This document shows, in pieces, positions 56,719 to 64,000 of a stretch of 64,000 bases of DNA. The notes below the pieces were generated by a model that was not told where the DNA came from, did not search any database, and saw nothing but the letters and a program-made list of their open reading frames with translations. The DNA is from an uncultured delta proteobacterium. Lineage in GTDB: Bacteria; Myxococcota_A; Polyangia; Fen-1088. The translations under genes and the position numbers were made by a program. Each line of letters opens with the position of its first letter. Positions within the stretch are counted from its first letter, which is position 1. The stretch spans positions 1,408,001 through 1,472,000 of the forward strand of contig CAVYGB010000010.1 of the NCBI GenBank assembly GCA_963767925.1, written 5' to 3'.

Positions 56719-57556
56719 ACGTCAGGCCGGCGCCGGCGGCGAGGCCTTGTTCGCCGAGGGGGGCGCCTTCTACGAAGAGGTCGACGCGGCGGCGGATGAG
56801 GACCGCGAGGCCGGCGCCGAGCTGGTAGTGGTGCGTGTCGGTGCCGCTGATGGCCTGGCCGGCGTAGCGCCAGAACACGGGGCCGCCGAAGGCGCGGGCC
56901 AGGGCGTAGGGCGTGAACGTGCGCCACAACGTCGTCGCCAGCACCGCGCCGACCCGCACGTCGACCGCCTGGTAGGAAGCCCCCTGGTTCCTCGCCCAGG
57001 CGTACGAGAGCTGGCCGGTGAGCAGCAGGAAGGGGCCGCTGCGCCCACCCTCGAGCGCCCGCCAGGACCCGCCCGCCACCGCCACCACGCCCGGCTCGAA
57101 GCTGTACACCGAGCCGGCCACCGGCTCCGCCCCCTCCTCGACCGGTGCGATCACCTCGCCCCCGACCGGCTCGGCGCGGAGGTGACCGCCGAGGAAGCCG
57201 CCCGCCCCAACCACCAGAGTCGTCCGCCGCGTGCGCCGAACCTCCAGCGTCACCAGCGAAGCGTGGCGCTCCTGCACGAAGCGGCGGTCCCCGTCGAACA
57301 CCAGCCCGGTCGAGGAGAACGCGTAGCTCGAGCCGAGGTGCCACTTCCGGCGGACCGCCTCCTCGTGCTCATCGAGGCTGCAGCTCGTGATCCCTGCCGT
57401 CCCGCCGGCGGTGATCCCACACGCCGCCGCCGGCGCGGCGCCCGCCGCCACCGCCAGCAGCCCGGCCGCCAGCGACAAGCCGGGGCCGACCCACGTCCCT
57501 CCCCTCTTCCAGCCAGCCGGCGACGCGAAACCACAGCCACGGGCTGCCGACTTCAT
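56714..57556 (-). CDS. Hypothetical outer-membrane beta-barrel protein
   Basis: Signal peptide ending AAA-C, amphipathic strands, terminal Phe. Confidence 0.65.
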   Translation of the reverse strand: MKSAARGCGFASPAGWKRGGTWVGPGLSLAAGLLAVAAGAAPAAACGITAGGTAGITSCSLDEHEEAVRRKWHLGSSYAFSSTGLVFDGDRRFVQERHASLVTLEVRRTRRTTLVVGAGGFLGGHLRAEPVGGEVIAPVEEGAEPVAGSVYSFEPGVVAVAGGSWRALEGGRSGPFLLLTGQLSYAWARNQGASYQAVDVRVGAVLATTLWRTFTPYALARAFGGPVFWRYAGQAISGTDTHHYQLGAGLAVLIRRRVDLFVEGAPLGEQGLAAGAGLTF

Positions 57557-57846
57557 CTTCCCACTTTACCGCGAGTCGCGTCCCCCCGGCGACCTGTACG
57601 CCAGGACCGACATGTCCCCGCGAAGACCGGCTCGCCGCCGCAGCGCCACGATTGGTTCCGCCGCTGCTGCCCTTTCCGACTCCGGCGGGGCCATTCTCCG
57701 GCGGGCGTCGCATCCCACCCGACCGGCGCTGCCGCACGAGACGCGCAGCGAACGGCGGCGGCGCGGGCGGGTGGGACCAGGTGGGATGCGGCGCTGGACC
57801 GGGAGGAGTCGAGAGGGGCCTGATAAGATCGTGGAGGGGGTTCGGG

Positions 57847-58443
57847 ATGCTGCGGATCGCGTACGGGCTGGGTTTCGGGTTCCTGGGCTTGTGCGGGCTG
57901 GCGATCGCGGGGCGACCGGCGGCGGTCGAGACCGAGACGTTGATCCGGATCTCGATCCCTCCGACCGGGCCGGCGCCGGCCGACGGGTCGGCCGCGGGGT
58001 GGTTCGCTGGCATCCGCCCGCGCTGCAACGCCGTCGAGGTGGAGGTGGCCCTGCGCGGGTCGCCTGCTCCCGACGGCAACGAGGGCGCGAGCTACACCGC
58101 CGGCTGCCTGGCCCTCGCGGGCAAGATGGTCCGCGCGCAGGGCACCATCGAGGCCCTGCCCGCCGGCTGGCGCCCGCGCGCCGCCGGCATCGTGTTCGAC
58201 ATCGTCCACCCGGTGGCCGACGCGGGCGACGACCAGTCGGCTGGCCCCATGATGCGCCTGGTGCTGCGCTACACCCCGGAGAACTACCAGGCGCTCTACC
58301 ACGCGGGCATGGCCGAATACGCGGTGGGCGATCGCCCGCTGGCCCGAGCGCACCTCACCCGCTTCCTCGAGCTGTACCGGTCCGACGACGGCTGGACCCG
58401 CAACGCCCGCGAGGTGCTCGCCCGCCCCGGCATGACCCCATGA
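57847..58443 (+). CDS. Exported TPR-containing protein
   Basis: Hydrophobic N-terminus, ALYHAGMAEY..GD...AR..L.RFL.LY TPR; GGAGG RBS. Confidence 0.7.
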   Translation: MLRIAYGLGFGFLGLCGLAIAGRPAAVETETLIRISIPPTGPAPADGSAAGWFAGIRPRCNAVEVEVALRGSPAPDGNEGASYTAGCLALAGKMVRAQGTIEALPAGWRPRAAGIVFDIVHPVADAGDDQSAGPMMRLVLRYTPENYQALYHAGMAEYAVGDRPLARAHLTRFLELYRSDDGWTRNAREVLARPGMTP

Positions 58444-58588
58444 TCCCGCGCCCCCCTGGCCCGCCCGGAGCCGCCGCGCCCGCCGCACGCCCATCCGTGG
58501 AGACGGCGATCGACCCTGCACCGTCCGCCCCCACCACGAAGCCAGCCCATGCCCGAGCTCGAACGGGCCCACCGGCGGAGCGCCAGCG

Positions 58589-60415
58589 GTGACCGCCACC
58601 TTCTTCACCCCGGGGGCCTTGCTGGCCGGGCGCTACGAGGTGGAGCGGGAGCTGGGGCGCGGGGGCGCCGCGGTCGTCTACGCCGCCCGGGATCGCCAGG
58701 TGGGCACGGCGGTGGCGCTGAAGGTGCTGGTGCCGCCGCCGGCGGTGGCCCACCTGGTGCGCGAGCGGACCCGCCGCGAGATCCTCGCCGTGCGCGCGCT
58801 GGCCCACCCCAACGTGGTGCCGATCTTCGATCTCATCGAGGAGGGCCCCTTCACCGTGCTGGTGATGGAGCGGGTCTCCGGCTGCGACCTGCAGGCGCTC
58901 GTCGCCGAGCGCGGTCCGCTGGCTCCCGAGGAGGCCGCGGCCCTGGGCCAGGGCGTCGCCGAGGCCCTCGCCGCCGCCCACCGGCGCGGCATCGTTCACC
59001 GCGACGTCAAGCCCCGCAACGTCCTGGTCGACGGCGCCGGCCGCCCGCGCCTCACCGACTTCGGCGCCGCCCGGGTCGACGGGCAAGAGACGTTGACCGA
59101 GACCGGCGGCCTGGTCGGCACCCTCGACTACGCCGCCCCCGAGCTGCTGAGCGGCAGCCGCGGGGACGCCCGCGCCGACCTGCACGCCCTCGGCCTCACT
59201 CTCTACTTCGCCCTCACCGGCCAGCTGCCGGCCCGCCGGGCGGCCCACCTGCCGCCCCGGCCCGCCGAGGGCGGGCACCACCCGCGCGACGTCCGCCCCG
59301 AGATCCCCACCTGGCTCGACGCCGTCGTCGCGCGCGCCACCGCCGCCGACCCTCGCCGCCGCTTCCCCACCGCCGCCGGCCTGGCCCAGGCCCTCGCCAC
59401 CCACCAGCTCGCCCGCCTCCCCGAGCCCAGCGCCCCCGGCCAGATCGACTTCTGCCTGGCCTGCGGCGCCCCCGAGCCCTTCGGCCGCACCGTGTGCCGG
59501 CCGTGCAGCGAGAGCACCCCCGCGGGCCGCGAGACCCACCTCATCGTCTCCCCTCCGCAGCTCGCCACCGAACGCGCCTCCCTCGCCTCCCGCATCGCCG
59601 CCCTCCTGCACCTGCGCCCCGACGACCCGGCCGCCGCCGACGCCGCCGCGGGCCAGCGCACCCTGGGTCGCCTGCCCGGCCCTCTCGCCGAGCGCGCCGC
59701 CCGCCAGCTCCAGGACCTCGGCATCCCCGTGCGCGCGGTCTCCGCCCGCGCCGACCTGTCGCTGCTGCCCCGCCCCTTCCTCCTGCTCAGCGGGGCCACC
59801 GCCGCCGTCGGCACCTGGGCCGGCTTGCTCGCCCACCCCGCGCTGATCCTCGCCACCCCGCTGGTCACCGCCCTCATGCTGGCCCTCGCCACCCGCGCCG
59901 TGGCCCGCCCCCTGCTCACGCCGCCCCCGACCGGCGAACCCCTGCCGCCCCCGGTGGTCGCCGAGGTCAGCCGGTCGCTGACCGCGCTCGCCGACGGCGA
60001 GGCCCGCCTCCTGCTGGCCGACGTCGTCCGGCTCACCCGCGCCCTGCTGAGCGGGGGCCCCGCCGCCGATCACCTGCGCGATCCCGCGGTGTCCCTCCTG
60101 CGCACCGCCTGCCAGGCCGCGGGCGAGCTGGCCCACACCGACAGGACCGTGGCCCTGCTGACCGACCAGCGGGCCCGCCTCCCCCGCGTCCCCGAGTCCT
60201 GGGCCGCCAACCTGTCCCGCCTCGACGCCGCCCGCACCGCCCTGGTCCAGCACCTGCTCGACGCCATCGCCACCCTCGGCACCACCCTCGGCGAGGCCGC
60301 CCAGCCCGACGCCGCCGTCGGCGAGGCCCTCGCCCGCCACACCCGCGAGCTGGAAGAGGAGCTCACCCTGCGCGCCCAGGCCCGCGCCGAGGTGGAGTCC
60401 CTCCTCCGCGCCTGA
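58589..60415 (+). CDS. Hanks-type Ser/Thr protein kinase with a CxxC-CxxC ribbon and two TM helices
   Basis: GRGG, VALK, HRDVKPRN, DFG, APE; CLAC..CRPC. Confidence 0.92.
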   Translation: MTATFFTPGALLAGRYEVERELGRGGAAVVYAARDRQVGTAVALKVLVPPPAVAHLVRERTRREILAVRALAHPNVVPIFDLIEEGPFTVLVMERVSGCDLQALVAERGPLAPEEAAALGQGVAEALAAAHRRGIVHRDVKPRNVLVDGAGRPRLTDFGAARVDGQETLTETGGLVGTLDYAAPELLSGSRGDARADLHALGLTLYFALTGQLPARRAAHLPPRPAEGGHHPRDVRPEIPTWLDAVVARATAADPRRRFPTAAGLAQALATHQLARLPEPSAPGQIDFCLACGAPEPFGRTVCRPCSESTPAGRETHLIVSPPQLATERASLASRIAALLHLRPDDPAAADAAAGQRTLGRLPGPLAERAARQLQDLGIPVRAVSARADLSLLPRPFLLLSGATAAVGTWAGLLAHPALILATPLVTALMLALATRAVARPLLTPPPTGEPLPPPVVAEVSRSLTALADGEARLLLADVVRLTRALLSGGPAADHLRDPAVSLLRTACQAAGELAHTDRTVALLTDQRARLPRVPESWAANLSRLDAARTALVQHLLDAIATLGTTLGEAAQPDAAVGEALARHTRELEEELTLRAQARAEVESLLRA

Positions 60416-60483
60416 TCCCCGGATCCCCTCCGTCGCGAACCACCCCGCTCCGGTGGTCGGCGCACAACCCGGCGGAAGGCCGC

Positions 60484-61683
60484 TCAGGATCGCGGCACGC
60501 CGTGGAAGAAGCGGCGGAGCTCAGCGATCATGAGGTCGGGGCACTCCATGGCGGGAAAATGACCGCCGCGGTCGTATTCGGTCCAGGAGGCCTGACGGCG
60601 GTCGGGGTCGATCAGCGCGCGGATGCTGTGGTCGCCGGCGAAGACGGCGACGCCCGCGGGGGGCAGGGGCACGCTCGGCGGGGCGGCCTGGGCGCCCTGC
60701 CCGGCGCTGCGCTTCTTCACGAGCTCGGCGAAGGCCTTCATGCCCTCGAAGGTGAAGTGGGCCGAGGAGGCGCCGCTGCCGGTGAGCCAGTAGATCGTCA
60801 CCAGGGTGAGGAGCTGATCGCGGTCGACCGCCTGGTCGGGCAGCGGCCGGGCCGGGTCGGTCCACTCCGCGAACTTCTCGACGATCCAGGCGAGCTGGGC
60901 GACGGGGGAGTCGTGGAGGCCGTAGGCCAGGGTCTGCGGGCGGGTCGACTGCATGTGCAGGTAACCCAGGCCCTCGCGCTGGAAGCGGTTGAAGGCCTCG
61001 GCCCGGGGGCGATCGGCGGCCGGAACCGCGGCGGGATCGAGGGGAGGGCCGAAGGGGAAATAGGCGGGGCCGTTGAGGTGGGTGGCGATCACCCGGCCGG
61101 GGGCCACCATCGGCAACGTGCCGGTGACGCCGGCGCCGACGTCGCCGCCCTGGGCGCAAAAGCGCGGGTAGCCGAGGCGGGTCATCAGCTCGGCCCAGGC
61201 CAGGGCGACCCGGAAGGTGTTGCCCCAGCCGGGGGCGGAGGGGTTGGAGAAGGCGAACCCGGGCAGCGAGGGGATGACGAGGTGGAAGGCCTGGGCCGGG
61301 TCGCCTCCGTGGGCGGCCGGGTCGGTGAGGGGGCCGATCAGCTCGAGGAACTCGACGAACGACCCCGGCCAGCCGTGGGTGATGAGCAGCGGGGTGGCGC
61401 CCGGCTCGGGCGAGCGGACGTGCAGGAAGTGGATGGTCTGGCCGTCGATGGTGGTGGTGAACTGGGGGAAGCGGTTGATCCGGGCTTCCTGGGCGCGCCA
61501 GTCGAAGCCGCGGGCCCAGTAGCCGGCCAGCTCCTGGAGGTAGCCGGCCGGGACGCCGCGGCTCCAGTCGGTGGCGGCGGAGGCGGTCGGCCAGCGGGTG
61601 GCGGCCAGCCGGCGCGACAGGTCGTCGAGGTCGGCCTGGGGGACGGCGATGCGGAAGGGCTGGAGGTCGGTTGGCTTGTTCAT
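60484..61683 (-). CDS. Epoxide hydrolase (EHN / microsomal type)
   Basis: PFRI...RL..TRWP, FDWRAQE, HGWPGS, QGGDVG, GGHFPAME. Confidence 0.92.
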   Translation of the reverse strand: MNKPTDLQPFRIAVPQADLDDLSRRLAATRWPTASAATDWSRGVPAGYLQELAGYWARGFDWRAQEARINRFPQFTTTIDGQTIHFLHVRSPEPGATPLLITHGWPGSFVEFLELIGPLTDPAAHGGDPAQAFHLVIPSLPGFAFSNPSAPGWGNTFRVALAWAELMTRLGYPRFCAQGGDVGAGVTGTLPMVAPGRVIATHLNGPAYFPFGPPLDPAAVPAADRPRAEAFNRFQREGLGYLHMQSTRPQTLAYGLHDSPVAQLAWIVEKFAEWTDPARPLPDQAVDRDQLLTLVTIYWLTGSGASSAHFTFEGMKAFAELVKKRSAGQGAQAAPPSVPLPPAGVAVFAGDHSIRALIDPDRRQASWTEYDRGGHFPAMECPDLMIAELRRFFHGVPRS

Positions 61684-61707
61684 GTCCGACAAGCTAACTT
61701 TCAATGC

Positions 61708-61722
61708 GGAACGGATCGTTCC
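61708..61722. promoter_or_regulatory. Palindromic operator GGAACG-gat-CGTTCC between the divergent hydrolase and WYL regulator genes
   Basis: Perfect 6-bp inverted repeat in the middle of a 62-bp intergenic region, flanked by TAGCTT (- strand) and TACCCT (+ strand) -10-like boxes. Confidence 0.55.
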
Positions 61723-61745
61723 TCGATGAGCGGTACCCTCTCTCC

Positions 61746-62715
61746 ATGTTGAAGACGTCGACCCGGCTGCTGCAGCTCCTGACGCTGCTGCAGACCCGGC
61801 GGTCCTGGGCGGGGCGCGAGATCGCCGAGGAGATGGGGGTGACAACCCGGACCGTGCGCAACGACGTCGAGCGCCTGCGCGAGCTGGGCTATCCCGTCGA
61901 GGCCTCACCGGGGGTGGCCGGTGGCTACCGGCTGGGCGCGGGCGCGCACCTGCCGCCGCATCCTGCTCGACGACGGCGAGGCGGTGGCGGTGGCGATCGG
62001 CCTGCAGGGGGCGGCGAGCCAGATCGCCGGCATCGAGGAGACCGCCCGCCGGGCGCTGGCCAAGCTGGAGCAGGTGATGCCGGCGCGCGTGCGCCGTCGC
62101 CTCAAGACCGTCCAGGACGCGGTTGTCGCCCTGCCCCGCCCCGCGCCCACCGTTGACGCCGACACCCTCGGCACCATCGCCGCCGCCTGCCGCGACAACG
62201 CCCAGCTCCGCTTCGACTACCGGGACTACCAGGGCAAGGCCAGCCCCCGCACCGCCGAGCCCCACCGGGTTGTGCACGACGGCCGCCGCTTTTATCTGGT
62301 GGCCTGGGACCGCGACCGCGACGACTGGCGCACCTTCCGCGTCGATCGCATGCAGCTCCGCCTCCCCCTCGGCGCACGCTTCGTCCCCCGCCCGCCCCCC
62401 GAAGGTGACCTCCTCGGCCACGTCACCCGTGGCGTCGCCCAGGCCGCCTGGGCCTACCGGGCCACCGTGAAGATCCACGCCCCGGCCGCCGAGCTCGCCC
62501 GCCGCCTCCCCCCCTCCATCCCGCTGCAACCCCTCGACGCCCAAACCTGCACGGCCCAGGTCGGCTCGGACAGCCCCGAGCAGCTCGCCGCCCACCTCGG
62601 CCGGCTGGGGGTCGACTTCGAGGTCCTCGACGCCCCCGAGCTGCTCCCCCACCTGCAGACGCTGGGGGCCCGCTACCTCCGCGCCGCCACCGCGGCGAAG
62701 AAGCCGCGGCGCTGA
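61746..62715 (+). pseudogene. HTH-WYL (YafY-like) transcriptional regulator with a +1 frameshift near 61959
   Basis: HTH part (RLLQLL..LQ, RTVRNDVERLRELGYPV, GGYRL..GAHLPP) lies in one frame and LLDDGEAVAVA...FYLVAWD..R.DWRTFRVDR in another; one extra base at ccgccg-c-atcctg. Confidence 0.8.
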
Positions 62716-62728
62716 GGGGATCCGACGC

Positions 62729-64000
62729 TCAGGGGGCGTCGGGGCCGACGTCGGCCGGCGTGAGGGGGCGGCGCAGGGGCAGCGCGGGGGTGGTGGCGTG
62801 CTCGTCGGCGCCGATGTCGGGGGTGGCGCGAGGCTGGCCCTGGAGATCGTCGAGGACGAAGGGGTAGCTGCCCACGGCCTTGTCGATGGCGCCGGAGGTG
62901 GCGGGGATGGCGAGGATCTCGCCGCTGCGGGTGAGGCCGGCGGCGGCGGCGGAGAGGTTGCCGGCGCCGCCCCCGCCGCCGATGTTGTTGGCGACGGTGT
63001 TGCCGCTGCCGCCTATGGTGACGCTGCCGAGGAAGGTGTTGTGCACGATGGTGGCGCGGCGGAGGGGGGCGTGGCCGCCGCCGTCGCCGTCGGCGCGCAG
63101 GGCGGTGCCGGTCTCGATGTAGTTGTTCCAGATCTTGTGGTCGTCGTCGTAGGCCCGGATGCCGCCGCCGCCGAAGAAGAAGTTGCCGTGGATCTCGCTC
63201 TTGCGGCCGGCCCGCAGGGTCATGGTGCCGCCGTTGCGGCGGAAGGTGTTGTAGCGGACGGTGTTGCCCGAGCTCTTGATCGATACGTATTCGGCGTCGG
63301 AGCTGCAGTTGACCAGCAGGTTGTACTCCATGACGTTGCCGGTCATGTGGTAGTCGAACTCCGGGCCGCAGCAGCCGAGCGAGACGGCGTCGCGGCTGGT
63401 GCCGCCGCCGGTGGCGTCGTGCAGGTAGTTGCGGTCGATCTGGGTGAATTCGGACATCTCGGTGGCGTGAATGTAGTGCCCGTTGCCGCTGGCCTTGGGC
63501 CCGAACTCGTTGCGATCGATGCGGGTGTACTTCGCGGTGCCGGTGGCGCGGGCCACCCCGAGCTGGAAGCGCGAGCGGGTGATGCGGCAGCCGTCGGAGC
63601 TGCTGGCGATGGCGCTGCCCATGCCGGTGTATTGCAGGCCCTCGACCACCACGTAGGCGGCGCCCATCAGCTCGACGTTGCCCGCGACGGTGGCCTTGCC
63701 CCGGTTGGCGGCGCGGATGACGATCGGGGCGACGGCGGTGCCCCGGGCGGTGATGGGAGGGAAGGGATAGGTGCCGTCGGCCAGCACGAGGCAGTCGCCG
63801 GGCTGCACGCCGGTCAGCGCGGGCGCCAGGGCCTCGGCGGTGGCGACGTCGACGGTGCGCAGGCAGGGGGGCAGGACGTCCCCCAGGGCCCCGGTGGGGG
63901 CGGCCGGCGCGGCATCCCCCGACGCGGGGGGCGGCGGGGAGGCGTCGGGCGCCGCGCCGCCGGTGCCGGCGGGGGCGGCGGGAGGATCGACCGGCGCGCC
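62729..64000 (-). CDS. Polysaccharide lyase family 6 / chondroitinase-B-like beta-helix (5' end outside the window)
   Basis: PGD..VLADGTY, E.VSIKS..N..RYNTF, TLRAG; the frame stays open to the window edge through a Pro/Ala linker. Confidence 0.8.
   Translation of the reverse strand, partial: GAPVDPPAAPAGTGGAAPDASPPPPASGDAAPAAPTGALGDVLPPCLRTVDVATAEALAPALTGVQPGDCLVLADGTYPFPPITARGTAVAPIVIRAANRGKATVAGNVELMGAAYVVVEGLQYTGMGSAIASSSDGCRITRSRFQLGVARATGTAKYTRIDRNEFGPKASGNGHYIHATEMSEFTQIDRNYLHDATGGGTSRDAVSLGCCGPEFDYHMTGNVMEYNLLVNCSSDAEYVSIKSSGNTVRYNTFRRNGGTMTLRAGRKSEIHGNFFFGGGGIRAYDDDHKIWNNYIETGTALRADGDGGGHAPLRRATIVHNTFLGSVTIGGSGNTVANNIGGGGGAGNLSAAAAGLTRSGEILAIPATSGAIDKAVGSYPFVLDDLQGQPRATPDIGADEHATTPALPLRRPLTPADVGPDAP

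Noticed and set aside
58355..61752. ORFs 58549..61752 (+, 1067 aa) and 58355..60340 (-)
   Set aside because: Arg/Pro-rich off-frame or antisense shadows of the kinase and epoxide hydrolase genes.

Overview
Very GC-rich bacterial DNA, most likely Myxococcota (MYXO-CTERM protein, DUF1592/DUF1552 pair, many Pro/Gly-linker lipoproteins). No rRNA, tRNA, CRISPR array or transposase was recognised. All family assignments come from motif recognition by eye, not database searches. Left to right: a DUF5916-type protein and a DPP-IV peptidase; a DUF1592/DUF1552 pair; a mosaic accessory region (about 7.9-24.6 kb) with phoD-like, zwf, a lipoprotein RHS toxin with an HNH tip and DUF4265 immunity gene, and several truncated gene fragments; a cluster (24.6-35.3 kb) in which normally cytoplasmic enzyme families (amidohydrolase, two RidA proteins, a SelA/DgaE-like PLP enzyme, an RraA-like aldolase) all carry export signals, interrupted by a lactate permease and a KaiC-like/histidine kinase pair; a seven-gene coupled carotenoid operon (TatT-like, crtY, crtE, crtI, crtB, an unknown membrane protein, a GT1 glycosyltransferase) with no crtZ; an ECF sigma/anti-sigma pair, the sigma apparently starting at CTG; a Cyc2-like porin-cytochrome operon coupled to DUF4266/DUF3570 and a diheme cytochrome c, downstream of YcnI-type copper genes; a Ser/Thr kinase, an epoxide hydrolase, a frameshifted WYL regulator and a PL6-like lyase. 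The strongest candidates for undescribed systems are the exported PLP/RidA/aldolase pathway, the DUF3570-Cyc2 electron/metal conduit and the putative new membrane di-metal carotenoid-modifying enzyme.
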